A DNA stretch of 64,000 nucleotides from the human T2T-CHM13v2.0 reference genome, Homo sapiens. The stretch is from the NCBI RefSeq assembly GCF_009914755.1, contig NC_060925.1. One strand, given 5' to 3'. The translations under genes were made by a program, and so were the position numbers. This document shows, one piece after another, positions 27,427-42,417 of this stretch. A model generated the notes under the pieces. It was not told the origin of the DNA. It made no database searches and saw nothing but the letters and a program-made list of their open reading frames with translations. The first letter of the stretch is position 1, and the number at the start of each line of letters is the position of its first letter.

Positions 27427-29549
27427 AAAGGCTTGCTTACTGAACCATGCTTTAAAAACAATTTTTACAATTAATCCCATTTCTTTCCCAAGAGAACATA
27501 TTATAGGCCATACTTACAAAAACTCCCTGAAGAGGAATTCCAAGGGTTTTCTAAGTGTTCTTAAAATGACTTCTGGAACTGTGGGATTCTTCTGAGCCCC
27601 AATCTGATTACAGCTTCAGCTTCCATGTCTTGAATCAGCAATGATGAGGGTGACCTCTCTGAAATTATAATGGGGACCTTTTGGTTTACTGGTCATGTCC
27701 CTAGTGATGCTGACCAGGTCAGCTTTCACTAAAAAATAACTTTAGTTTCACCAAAGCTATGTCTCCTGACTCATAGACTATGTGTACATAGCACCAAGTC
27801 AAATGACAATTTGTCATGGGTATGGTTAATCTGATCAATATAGGTGGACAACAGTATAATTCAAAATCGGTATAATGCAAAATAGACTTTGGCCGTCTGA
27901 TTTTTTGAATTTGGCTCTTTAATTTATCTAACTAGTGACAGATCTCTAGACTTGATACTGTTTGCTAGATTTGATAGTATTAACAGATGACATTTTATTA
28001 TACTTCGTGTTCCTCTTCCTTTTAAAGAAATTATGATGCTATTGTAAATACCACCATAATCTTCATCATCACCATCATCATTCATCACTTACTGATTGAT
28101 ATGCAGATCCAAGGATAGAAACTAATGTTGCTACTATAATGAGGGTAGATGTTTTAATTACAGCTAGATTGAGGTTGAAAAAAATATGAATTTATATAGT
28201 AAGGCCTATCTTGCAGTTTCCATTAAATTCATTATTTTTTTCTAGATTTTAGTAGAAAATTATGCACTTAATTGTCCTGAAGTCATTGAGACTAATTTTA
28301 TAATAGGATTTATTTTCAGCAAAATAAAGAAAATATTTAAGTGAGAGGCCTAGAATCTTTAGTGTAGAAATAATGGCTCAAATTGATTTACTTAATTAAT
28401 GAATCAAATTAAACAAAAATTATGCAGAAATGGGAAGCATATGAGAACTTTATACTTTCCTATCAATTGTTCAATTTTGCTGTGAATCTAAAACTGCTCT
28501 TAGAAATGTTTATTAATTTAAAAAATATGCGAAAATGGAGGCACTCACAGCATCTTTACACAGGATGGTAGAGTCAAGAGTGGATGTAATTGTGGAAGGA
28601 AATAACTCATTTGTGTTTCTTGAGGCCAAGGGAAGTGATGATTATAACCTAGGTTGAGATCATGTCTCTAAGATTCATTTTATTGCATCCCAGGAAATAT
28701 CACAGGGAATTCTAAAGAAATTATTTACAATGAAAAGACATGACTAAACCGAATTTAAGTAAACTGTGGCAAGTTGGAATCACTGCTGAAGTTTTTTCTT
28801 GTCTACAGATTATGAAGTCCCTGAATGGTCTTCATTGTCCTGCTATAAAATGTCATTTTGGGCTGGCTATATGATCTCTATTCTAGACATGCAGCTCCCA
28901 GCCACCCGCCTCTCTGTGTATGGCCCTCTCCTTTCCTTCTCCCCACCAGTGGTCAGCATTTATAGAAACGCTTATTCTGGTTTGCTTTACTGATATAGAA
29001 GCTGTTTTACTTATCACTGAACAAAAAGGCTGATATTATCAAGTAGCTTAAAGCCCCTGACCTCCTTTCTCTTGGGGACCACTTACATTCAATAGAGCGT
29101 ATAAACAGCCTCTGCAGATTCCCTGCTTCTCTTCATCGTGTATCATAGTCTCTCAAATGATTTCCCTCTTCAAATGGAAGCTGCTGGGGTTGGGGGAAAA
29201 ACACTGGGAGATTTTTAGAGAAAATGAGATTAGAAGTAAAAATAGGATAGAATCTCTAAAATGCACAAATATTTACAAGTGCTTTTATATTTCACAGATT
29301 AAATATTTACTTTATACACATTGTGTGTCATATATTATCTTATGCTTAAAATATCTGCCTCTACATCCTTCTCCCACCATCACTTACGTAACAAATGCTT
29401 CATCTGCATAGAACCTGAATTTTTCACTTAATTTATTACAGCAAAAATTAACTATTTATGATTAACTGGGGTTAATATTCATCCTCTTTTAAAATAAATT
29501 TGGATAACCCTGGTGTTAAGAGAAGATATCAATTGTTTCAATCTTGCCA

Positions 29550-29750
29550 ACTACTATTAAAAGCCCATTACATATATGAACTCATTTAATCCTTGCAACA
29601 AGTACATGAGATTAATGCTGCAATTATCATCCTCATTTTACAGATATGAAATCTGAGGCCCACAGATGTTTGGGATCTTGCCTAAGTTCAGGTGGTAACT
29701 TATAGAACTGAATTTAAGCTTAGAGGACTTGCTTTCAATCGCCATGCTAC
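29550..29750 (-). mobile_element. MIR SINE
   Basis: ctcatttaatccttgcaacaag...attatcatcctcattttacagatatgaaatctgaggcccacaga core. Confidence 0.75.
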
Positions 29751-30277
29751 ACAGCTTTTCTGAGTCTTTCCTCCAGCAGGCTAAACTAAAGCCTTCAGTA
29801 CTAATTAGTGGGGTAGTTTGGAAGATAAAGCCTCAGAAGAGAGGAAGTGTGAGAATTAAAGTTTGGATCAGGTGTATAGTAAAGATTAGAAACAGCAGAT
29901 GGGCACCATGAAGGCTCAAGAAAAGGAGTGCCAAGTGGAAGAAAAGAGGGGCCGGAGAGGAAGTAGACAAAAACTGTTTTAAAAGTTGCCTAAAATTTGT
30001 ATTCATGATGTATAGGATAGCCCTTCCTCCTGAGGTAGCTCATTTCTTTGCCATGTCTTCCTCTTTTGCTATCCCTGCACCTCATGTTTCCCTTTTCCTG
30101 AGGACCCAGAAGGATGCTCATCAGCCTTTTGTGTCTTGCTCTAGGCTACCTGCAGCCTAAACACAAAATTCTCCATGTTGTCCAGTCTAGCTCACCAAGG
30201 TACAAAATTTCAGCTTGCATTCAACAGTTCTTTGCCAGCCATTTTTATCTATGTATAAGTGTCTCAGGGACCTCATG

Positions 30278-32523
30278 TGTGGTGGTTAATACTGAGTGTC
30301 AACTTGATTGAATTGAAGGATACAAACTATTGATCCTGGGTGTGTCTGTGAAGGTGTTGCCAAAAGAGACTAACATTTGAGTTAGTGGGTTGGGGAAGGC
30401 AGATCCATCCTTAATCTGGTGGGCACAATCTAATCAGCTCCCAGCGAATATAAAGCAGGCAGAAAAACGTGAAAGGGAGAGACGGGCCTTGCCTCCCAGC
30501 CTGCATCTTTCTCCTGTGCTACATGTTTCCTGCCCTCGAACATCCAACCCCAAGTTCTCCAGTTTTGGAACGTGGACTGGCTCTCCTTGCTCCTCAGCTT
30601 TTAGACAGCCTATTGTAGCACCTTTGATTGTGTAATATAATACTTAATAAATCCTATATATATCCTATATTATCTTATGCTATATATATATATATGATAT
30701 ATATCTATATATATACACCTAGCTAGGTAGCTAGATATATATATATATATATATAGATAGATAGCTAGATATATAGATATAGATAGATAGCTGGATATAT
30801 AGATATAGATATCTATACAGATAGCTGGATATATAGATATAGATATCTATACAGATAGCTGGATATATAGATATAGTAGATATCTATACAGATAGCTGGA
30901 TATATAGATATAGATATCTATACAGATAGCTGGATATATAGATATAGATATCTATACAGATAGCTGGATATATAGATATAGATATCTATACAGATAGCTG
31001 GATATATAGATATAGATATCTATACAGATAGCTGGATATATAGATATAGATATCTATACAGATAGCTGGATATATAGATATAGATATCTATACAGATAGC
31101 TGGATATATAGATATAGATATCTATACAGATAGCTGGATATATAGATATAGATATCTATACAGATAGCTGGATATATAGATATAGATATCTATACAGATA
31201 GCTGGATATATAGATATAGATATCTATACAGATAGCTGGATATATAGATATAGATATCTATACAGATAGCTGGATATATAGATATAGATATCTATACAGA
31301 TAGCTGGATATATAGATATAGATATCTATACAGATAGCTGGATATATAGATATAGATATCTATACAGATAGCTGGATATATAGATATAGATATCTATACA
31401 GATAGCTAGATATAGATATAGATATAGATATCTATATAGATAGCTAGATATAGATATAGATATCGATATAGATATCTATATAGATAGCTAGATATAGATA
31501 TAGATATCTATATAGATAGCTAGATATATAGATATAGATATCTATATAGATAGCTAGATATATAGATATAGATATCTATATAGATAGCTAGATATATAGA
31601 TATAGATATCTATATAGATAGCTAGATATATAGATATAGATATCTATATAGATAGCTAGATATATAGATATAGATATCTATATAGATTGCTAGATATATA
31701 GATATAGATATCTATATAGATTGCTAGATATATAGATATAGATATCTATATAGATAGCTAGATATATAGATATAGATATCTATATAGATAGCTAGATATA
31801 TAGATATAGATATATAGACAGCTAGATATTTCTATAGATATATACAGATATATAGATATATATAGATATATAGATATATATAGATATATAGATATATAGA
31901 TATATATAGATATATAGATATATATAGATAGCTAGCTATATCTATATATAGATATATCTATATAGCTTTCCTTCTCCCCACCAGTGGTCAGCATTTATAG
32001 AAATATATATCTATATTTATATATATATGGATATCTATATAGCTAGACATATATAGATAACTATATAGCTAGATATATAGATATAGATAACTATATAGCT
32101 AGATAGCTAGAGATATATAGATATATAATATATAGCCTAAGAGAATAATATATTATGTAATAATAATATATTATATATCTATATAATTATATATTACATA
32201 TAATATTTAATTATATATTATATACTTATAATTATAAATTATATATAATTAAATATTATATATTATATAATTTAATTATATAATTATATATAATTAAATA
32301 TTACATATTATAAATAAATATATATTATACAATTATTTATAATAGTTAATTATAATTATAATATATAATCTTTATAATTATATAATTATTTATATAATTA
32401 TATAGTTACTTAGCTAATATAATTATATAATTACTTATTTATATAATATAATTATATAATAATATAGGATATATATATATATCCTATTAGTTCTGTCCCT
32501 CTAAGAGAACCCTGACTGAAACA
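30278..32523 (+). mobile_element. MLT2A (HERV-L) solo LTR, expanded by an internal VNTR
   Basis: tgtggtggttaatactgagtgtcaacttgattg...cctattagttctgtccctctaagagaaccctgactgaaaca; exact TSD tcatg (30273-30277, 32524-32528). Confidence 0.9.
30650..32482. repeat. 34-bp minisatellite (~30 copies, ~30786-31830) embedded in AT-rich low-complexity DNA
   Basis: Unit gatagctggatatatagatatagatatctataca, period 34 (30891, 30925, 30959...); changes to a gctaga/tataga variant after ~31400; followed by (TAGATA)-like and near-pure A/T tracts. Confidence 0.95.
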
Positions 32524-35500
32524 TCATGGAAGATGAGTTGACTGGTTGAGGACAGTATTGGAGTTTCTTGGGTCCTCTAGCCAAATTTTAAAAATAATGT
32601 CCATTATAACAATTGAGGAGCTTTGCACTTAAACAAACCTGGGTTCAACTTTGGATTTTGCCACTTATTGTGTGATCTTGGACTTGATTTCTCTGAAGGT
32701 TAAGTAGATAAAGAAACACCCTACTGAAGAAAGTTATTCAGATCCTGTAGAGAGAAAACTCTTCATCTTGTATCCCTCTTTTGTCTTTACATTCTCTTCT
32801 CTTTTTCCTTTAATCTTTCTGTGCGTCATGTATCCTTGTTTCCCAGGATCCAGATCCAGAAGCATGCTCTTTAGCTTGTACCTTCATCTGTAAAATAACC
32901 TCATGGAATTATTATGGCTAAATCATGCAGTAGATATGCCTAGCAGCTAGTAAGTGCTCAAGAAATGGCAGCTTCTATCATGACTATATATAAAATTAAT
33001 GTAACATTTATATAAAAATAACAATGTAGCTATAATAATGATATATATTAATCATCACAAAAATCAAACTAAACAAATATAAATATAATCTGTAAATACA
33101 AGACACTGTAACTTACAATAATCACTTTCTGTAAATCTTCGTTGTTTCTGTTATTGACTTGAAAAAGAGTTTCATATATAAATCATTTTTAAGCCTTAAA
33201 AATCCTCTGTTGTTTTAACTTCGGAAGGAAGAGAGCAGGGACTTGCCAAGACACAGATCAGGTGAGTATTTTTGAGGGGAAGGAGAGGGGCTCTGCTGTG
33301 GTGACCCCTGTGCCACCACGGGGCAGCAACAGGTGCTCAGATAAGTGCAGAAGCCAACTGGATTCAGAAAGGAAAGGTGATTATTGTGCCTACTGCACAA
33401 ATGGATTAAAGATTGATCCTCGTTTCATACTATTATTGCCTGGGGATTTCACAGCTGTGACCCTCTGTGAGCGATGGCTGGGATTTAGAGATTAACAAAC
33501 CATTGCCTCATTCCAATCATTAATTTACAATTATGTATAAATTGTGGTGTGGAAAAACTTTCTTGAACAAAACTCCTATTCTGCTTTTTATTGATCACAT
33601 CTCTTCCTTAAAATAACAACATTGTCAGGTGTAAAGCAGTAAATATTTTTAATTACTTGGTCCCGAGGCAGGATAAATGTCTTTCTGAAAACACACAAGT
33701 AAAGCCGCAAACATTCTTCAGACTCAGGAAAAGCCAAGTTTGATAGGCAGTGCTTGTGTTGTCGAAAGACTAAGAGTAGCGATGACAAATGACCTTCAGA
33801 AATATCCTTTCTTGCTGTTAATAGGATATGGTCATTTGTGCTTTTTACATGTGGAAAATGGTTCTTGGAGGATTGATTTCCCGTCTGGCCCAGTTCCAAG
33901 CCAACAGAGGCTGCCATTGCACCTAAATATTCCTCAATTCTGGTCTCTGCCCTGCTAACTTTAATTTGTTACTGTGCAATTGATGGTTCCCTGTAATGTA
34001 CCCAAGGTCTGATAGTGTTTTCTAGTTGATCAAATGCTTGATAACTTGGAAGGATTTTTTGTTATAGCCAGATGGCAGGCAGGATATTTCAACCTCCCCC
34101 GGCAGCAAGGTGTTAAATGGCCTTATCATGGATGAATGGAAGTAGGTATTGCATGGATTTTCTGTTTCCTAAGAAAAGGCGACAATATTGCTAATTAGGC
34201 AGTATATTGGCAGTGCTTCTTGGAAGGAGGTAGATTATACACATTAAGGTTATCAACACTATGATTTTTCATCAAATATTAGGGCATAATAGGAGTGCAA
34301 ACTTTAACGTCAAGTTTACAGCAACTCAGTGTTTATAAGCTGCTATTATTAGTGAAGGTTATTCACTTGTCCTTGATGCATGGGAAAGATAAAACCAGTT
34401 ATTAGTTAGTTACTCCAGTAATAGTGACTCTTAGAGCTTGTCAACATGAACAGAAGTAGCACCATTCCTATCTTCCTGGGAGAGAAACTGCTAAACAAAC
34501 ATCTAACACTGCAGTGTAAAGTATAATGTCAGTTCTATTTACGTTGAAGCCATTTAAATTGCAATATGCACATTTTGAATCTTTAAAAATCTATTTCTGA
34601 TGAAAACATATCTTCATTAACCACCATGAAAATAAGCAAATATATTTATATATGGCCATATTTAAAAGGCATGGGATGGCAGGTCTAATGCATATAGTAA
34701 TTTAACATGTGAGGGGCTTGGTGGTTCCGTACATTAGGGTAGTTCATTGTGCTGGATAAAAACAACTTCCTAGTAAAACAACTTTACGTTCTAATAAGTC
34801 AACTTTCTACTAAAACAACTTTTGCCAAGTCCTTCCCATTACTTGGCATGTCACATCAGTATCAGAACTGCAGTTGATATAAACTTTGCGAAGAAGAAAA
34901 AATTTCACTCAATTCTTCAAGGATTCAGGTGATGGTTGAAAACAAGATAGAGGACATAAAAAAGAATTTGGGCTTCAATCAGCAAGAATTTTAAGTAATT
35001 CTGGGGTAAAATGTCTGTTTTAACTAATTTAGGAAAGCTGAATTTATATAGACTACATAGAGAAAAAGCAGCTTTTTGTCTCTCTCCAATGAGTGACTAT
35101 ATTTATTTCTATTTTAGGGTTGTTAGTAATATATTAACAGATTTAAACAGAGATGATGGTAAAGAATGCAATAAGACTTGTATATATGGGAAAAATTTAA
35201 TCATATTTTCCCCACCCTCTCCAAAACATAGATTAACTGGACTTTGAAACATGAGATTAGGAAGAAACTATTTGGCACACTCCAAGTTTAGATGTGAAAA
35301 TTTCTCTTGTATTTATTATTAAAGAAGAACTGGCAAACCAAGCATTTCATTGCAGCCTTATGTGCAAAAATTCCGTACATTACATTTTCTCCACTAGCTT
35401 TTTACCTTACATAAGTTGTTGAAATTTCTTAAACCCCAGTTTCCTTACCTGTAAAATGAGGGTGTTTGACTTCTGATGTCTATTGTCTTTTTTATGTGCC

Positions 35501-35599
35501 CTCCATAAATATTTTTCTTCATTTCTATCTCTTAGGGCATTTATTCATTTTTTAAAAGAAAATAATTCAGAGCTATTTTTTGGTTAACTTAGAGAACTG

Positions 35600-36950
35600 A
35601 AGGATGAGGAAAATATAAATTCAATTTATGCAGAGATATGTAACTGACATCTTTGTAACAAATCAAAGCCTAACAGTTTATGAGATATGCTATGTTTCCT
35701 CTTCTGATATATGGTATACAATTATGGACTGTTCTAGGAAGACAAAAGAGAAGAATTAGAGGCAAACTAAGGGCATTTTATTTCTCAGGAACACTATGGA
35801 AAAGGAAAAACTAAAAGGGAGACTAAAATAGTTGGAGAAAATTTCTAAAGAATATTGCAAGATATCGTGAATTTTTAAATTGTTTACTAAAAATTGGATC
35901 CTGAACAAAAACTAAATTTTGGAAAATAACCCTGAAAGACAGATTCTGCATTTACACAAAAGCCAATTCAAAAATTGTTATAGAAATGCATAAATTGTAA
36001 AGAGGTTTCAGATTAGGGAACGTTTGCCACAGTCTTTTCTACAGCCACCACAATTTACATCCTACAGGCAGAATATACTCACCTCATACACAAATATACA
36101 CAATATAGGGGAAAACTGGAACCTGGACAATATGGTTTAGGGGGCATATATACTATGAAAATGCAAGCACCAATATAAAAGAAAGAATGAAAACGTAGAG
36201 CTGATAATTTAATTATGCATAGGTATATGGTGTACCAGCTGATTCACTGTATATCAGTTCTGATTATTCAATTTATTTGCCATGCCAACTATTAAATATT
36301 TTGAATGTAATTCCTATGAGCAAGTGTTTATGAAAGTATTGTTTGTAGTGGTGAACTCCTTTCCCACTACTATCTGTTACACGCACACATACACACCCCA
36401 CATACACATACACAGGAAACTGCAAAAAAAGTAAAAAAATCTATCAATAACCAGGTAGTTGAATACTTCTGTTTTACTCATATTATGGAATATTAGATCA
36501 CCATTGAAAACAGTGAATTAGATCTATATTTGCTATCTTTGATGGATATCCAGGATACATAGTTAAGGGACAAAAGCAAGTTAGAGATCAAGTATGAACT
36601 ATGTTATATAAAAAATAAAAAAAGTATTGTGCTGTTTGAGCATGGAGAATTTTGTGATGAAATACACCACACTATTAACATGGCTAATCTCAGGAGGTGA
36701 GATTGGAAGGAGAATAAAGAAAAGATTATTATCTTTATATATTTTTGCATTGTTTACTTGTTTCAGCAAATTTAGGTAACTTTTGTAAAAAAAAAAATTG
36801 AATGAAGTGAATTTTGAAGGTAAAAAGTAATATGTTCAATTTGATTGTTGCCTGGTGGGAATAAGGGAGAATAAGAAAGAGATTATTTTTTCTTTAAATG
36901 TCTTTGTATTTTTTTCATGTTTTAAAATAAGCATTGATCATTTTATTATT
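35600..36950 (+). mobile_element. Highly degraded L1ME/L1MC fragments
   Basis: L1 3' region motifs (gaatattagatcaccattgaaaacagtgaattagatctatat; ctattaacatggctaatctcaggagg). Confidence 0.55.
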
Positions 36951-37519
36951 AAAAGTTTTCTTATGAAAATAACTTAAATATAAAAGTTTAAGATGCTGTT
37001 TTCTTCTTGAAAATAATTAACCTGTATTCAACCATAGAATAATGAATTCTTAATTCACTTATTATGTTAAAATTCCTAGTAAAAAGTTGCTTCTTATAGA
37101 AAGAAGTCACAGCATAAGACTGTTACAGAGAAATGAAGAGGAAGAGAAAGATGAGAAAAATATTTCTATAAGCAAAATAGTAAACAATATTTGAGAAGAG
37201 ATCCCTAGTATTTGGCATAAATAGTAAATAGAGTTTCAGGATTTTTTTTTCTTTCTGAAAGACTCTTAAAACAGCTTGAAACTAAGAGATTTTCTTGTCC
37301 AGAGCAAGTGTATAGCAGGTCAGACATTCAGTTCAAATCAGTTGGTATAGAGTTATGCATGCGGTGGGCTTTGAGACTTCTATGAAGAAGGTGGCAAAAA
37401 TTAGTCATGTTGCACGGTATGCTGATACACTGTAATATCCAGTATGTCGGGACAAAAAAATCAAGTAAAAAATACATATACCAAAGAGTATGAGTTTAGA
37501 GGATGCAATAAATACTCTG

Positions 37520-38225
<706 letters not shown>

Positions 38226-38348
38226 AGAGAGCCTGTTGAGGGACGACTCCCTGACTCACCACACATATGACCAGCATCTTCAGAGATGGTATGTGTGCAG
38301 ATTTAATCCTTCAGAGGAAATAAATTAACTACATGTTCATTTAAAAAT

Positions 38349-39540
38349 GGACCCCTTCCTTACACCTTATACAAAAATTAATTCAAGATGGATTAAAGAC
38401 TTAAATGTAAAACCTAAAACCATAAAAACCCTAGAAGAAAACCTAGGCAATACCATTCAGGACATAGGCATGGGCAAAGACTTCATGTCTAAAACACCAA
38501 AAGCAATGGCAACAAAAGCCAAAATTGACAAATGGGATATAATTAAACTAAAGAGCTTCTGCACAGCAAAAGAAACTATCATCAGAGTGAACAGGCAACC
38601 TACAGAATGGGAGAACATTTTTGCAATCTGTCCATCTGACAAAGGGCTAATATCCAGAATCTACAAAGAACTTAAACAAATTTACAAGAAAAAAAAACCC
38701 ATCAAAAAGTGGGTGAAGGATATGAACAGACACTTCTCAAAAGAAGATATTTATGCAGCAAACAAACATATGAAAAAAATTTCATCGTCACTGGTCATTA
38801 GAGAAATGCAAATCAAAACCACAATGAGATACTATCTTACATCAGTTAGAATGGCGATCATTAAAAAGTCAGGAAACAACAGATGCTGGAGAAGATGTGG
38901 AGAAATAGGAATACTTTTACTCTATTGGTGGGAGTGTAAATTAGTTCAACCATTGTGAAAGACAGTGTGGCGATTCCTCAAGGATCTGGAACCAGAAATA
39001 CCATTTGACCCAGAAATCTCATTACTGGGTATATACCCAAAGGATTATACATCATTCTACTATAAAGACACGTACACATGTATGTTTATTGTGGCACTAT
39101 TCACAATAGCAAAGACTTGGAACCAACCCAAATACCCATCAATGATAGACTGGATAAAGAAAATGTGGCACATATACACCATGGAATACTATGCAGCCAT
39201 AAAAAGGATGAGCTTATTTCCTTTGCAGGGACATGGATGAAGTTGGAAACCATCATTCTCAGCAAACTAACACAAGAACAGAAAACCAAACACCACATGT
39301 TCTCACTCATAAGTGGGTGTTGAACAATGGGAACACATGGACATGGGGAGGGGAACATCACACACCAGGGCCTGTTGGGGAGTGGGGGGCTAGGGGAGGG
39401 ATAACATTAGGAGAAATACCTAATATAGATGATGGGTTGATGGATGCAGCAAACCACTTTGGCATGTGTATACCTGTGTAACAAACCTGCATATTCTGCA
39501 CATGTATCCCAGAACATAAAGTATAATAAATTAAAAAAAA
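38349..39540 (+). mobile_element. 5'-truncated L1PA (ORF2 C-terminus, 3'UTR, poly(A))
   Basis: ORF 38347-38958 [46 protein letters not shown]... is L1 ORF2; stop at 38956-38958; L1PA 3'UTR G-rich tract and A tail. Confidence 0.95.
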
Positions 39541-39911
39541 TGCTTAATATGTAGAGAGGGAAGAGATATGCTAGGACTGGAAAGTTGGGAATCTTGTAAA
39601 TGAAAAAAAGTGAATTCCAGTTTATTATAGACCTCTGAATGCAGCTTACATGGCAGTCTTATAAAACCACTTGTAGTTCCACAAAATCAGTTTTTCTTAG
39701 CTGCTGTGTCATCCGATTGCCTTCCTTCTGCTTACATTTTCAAGACTCAACTCATGGATTATCTGTCTCCTTTTGAGATTTTACTAATTCAGTCTGGGCT
39801 GGGTGATACTTCTCTGTGCTCTCATTACACACTAGGCATTACTCTCCCTCTTTCATTGCACACTGCACTGTATTATAACTGTTTCATCCATTACAATCAT
39901 TTATTTTTTTC

Positions 39912-39975
39912 AAGTATTTTTGATCCACATTTGGTCGAATCCACAGATGTGCAACCACAGATACAGAGGGCTGAC

Positions 39976-39976
<1 letters not shown>
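39912..39976. mobile_element. Tigger4/Zombi-like terminal fragment
   Basis: tattttttgatccacatttggtcgaatccacagatgtgcaaccacagatacagagggctgac. Confidence 0.6.
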
Positions 39977-40022
<46 letters not shown>

Positions 40023-40080
40023 ATCTATCATCTATCTGTCTGTCAATCTATCTTCTTCATCATCATCATCATCTATCTAT
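39977..40080. repeat. (TCTA)11 tetranucleotide STR with compound tail
   Basis: Direct reading of tcta repeats followed by tca/tctg/cat variants. Confidence 0.95.
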
Positions 40081-41439
40081 ATTTCACATATTTAAAATTC
40101 AGTAATTAATATAAAATAGTTTTATGCTTCTTGGTGATTAGATGTCTAGGAACCAAATGTTCTAAGCTTAAAAATAAATATGCTTTTTTGATGACTTTGT
40201 GCACATTTGTGGTGTGTATCCATGGGAAGGAAGATGGGTGGAGACGAAGTAGCAGGAAGGAAGAAAACTGGGAAAGGGAGGGAGAAACAAAAAGAAGCAT
40301 ATGTGCTTGTTTATGTGCGTTTGGGTGCAAAAATATTTTTATTTCAACTCTGATACTTTTTCTCATATGATATGCTAGGTAAACATATTTTGGGAAACTT
40401 GCCGAAAGTGTATTCTCTTTGGTATTATGAAAATACACTATTATTTTCCACCTGTAAAATTATATCTGAATTGAGACTTAGCTACATCTGATTTTGATTA
40501 GTCTGTTGCACAAATAGAATCAGATGGCTTTACTTGGGAATGACTCATCAGTCCTTCATCCTCCTCTGTTAATGTTCTCCAAATTTAATAGCAGCATTAT
40601 ATAATCTATCATATGGGTAATATTACCAGACAGTTTTAGAAGAGGACACTTGATGTACTCTGGATACGCAGACAAGTATATTTTGCTATTTGAGTGCCAA
40701 AGGGGTATTCTAATTATCTTGGGTGACAATGTAACTCATTATATTTCTTTACAAGGACAGAGAAAAGAATCAATACAAAGAGCCTGTCTAAATTGTCTTC
40801 ACACTCCAAAGTGTACCAGTTACAGAAGAAGCCAGCAACTTCAAATGAAGTATCCTATATCTCTGAACTCCATTAGTACTTATTAACTATTTTACTCGTT
40901 TGTTATTTTTAACCTTCTGTCCTGGATTGTTGTTTCACTCTCCAAGCACAAGATAAACTTCCCCAGTGCATCTGTAAACTTCTTATAGACAAGGACAATT
41001 ATTATTATCTTATTTTTAGAATTAAGATTATTGGAAATTAACACTGATCATTCAAATTTCAAGTTATTTTGGAAACTTTACATTCAAAAACTTTTTATGC
41101 CTTCTTACATATTTCCCTATAACCAACAGAAGCATTCAAAGTTAAGTTTTGAAAGTTGGAGTCATTTATTAAAAAACAAAAAAATGCACATTAACTAGTC
41201 TCAATAATTTAAAGCTTCACAATTAATTTTATATTTGAGGATTTCTTTGTACCTCTAGCACTTTCCAAATTTAAACTAAGTGCTCAGAGTTTTATGTACA
41301 ATTATCTTGGATATGACTTTACCTAAGCTTATGTTTCTCACCAACTGGAGTACTAATATCCCCTGGGAAAACTTGAGTTTGTAGCAGGGATACTTAAATG
41401 CAATAAAATAAATATGATAAATAATTTTTCTAAAAAGTG

Positions 41440-41930
41440 CCAATTAACTCAAGAGAAATAAATCTTAGGTTCACACAAAAACCCATATGGAAATATTTAC
41501 AGTGACTGTATTTATAATCACCAAAGACTGTGAACAACTCAACTGATTAATGGATATTCAACTTTGGTACATCTGCAAAATGGAACACTGCTCAGTGATA
41601 AAAGGAAAAAAATGATTGATTCATGCAACAATATGGAAGAATCTCAAATGTCTTATGTTAGTGAAATAAGCCAAGCTCAAAAGGCTTAATAGTGTATAAG
41701 CCCAATTATATGACATTGTGGGAAAAGACAAACTACAAGTACAGAGAACAGATCAGTTGTTGCCAGGAGCTGGGTGGGAAGGGGTTGACTATACAAAGAG
41801 GCATTTTTGGGGTGACGGATTGTTGTATATATTGATTGTGGTGTGGTTACATGACACTATACATTTGTCAATACTCATAGAATGTACACCAAAAGAGTAA
41901 ATTTTACTATATTACATTTAAAAAATTATA
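41440..41930 (+). mobile_element. L1M 3' end fragment
   Basis: ttcacacaaaaacccatatggaaatatttacagtgactgtatttataatcacc...catttgtcaatactcatagaatgtacacc. Confidence 0.75.
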
Positions 41931-41986
41931 TGACAAGAAGCCTATGATGGCAAGATGTTATAAAATTTGTGCTTTCAGTATAGTAA

Positions 41987-42417
<431 letters not shown>

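Noticed and set aside
30786-31830. 34-bp periodic array as a CRISPR-like locus
   Set aside because: Head-to-tail tandem units without unique spacers, in a eukaryotic LTR, with no cas genes.
38347-38958. Longest ORF (203 aa) as a gene
   Set aside because: C-terminal fragment of L1 ORF2 in a 5'-truncated element.
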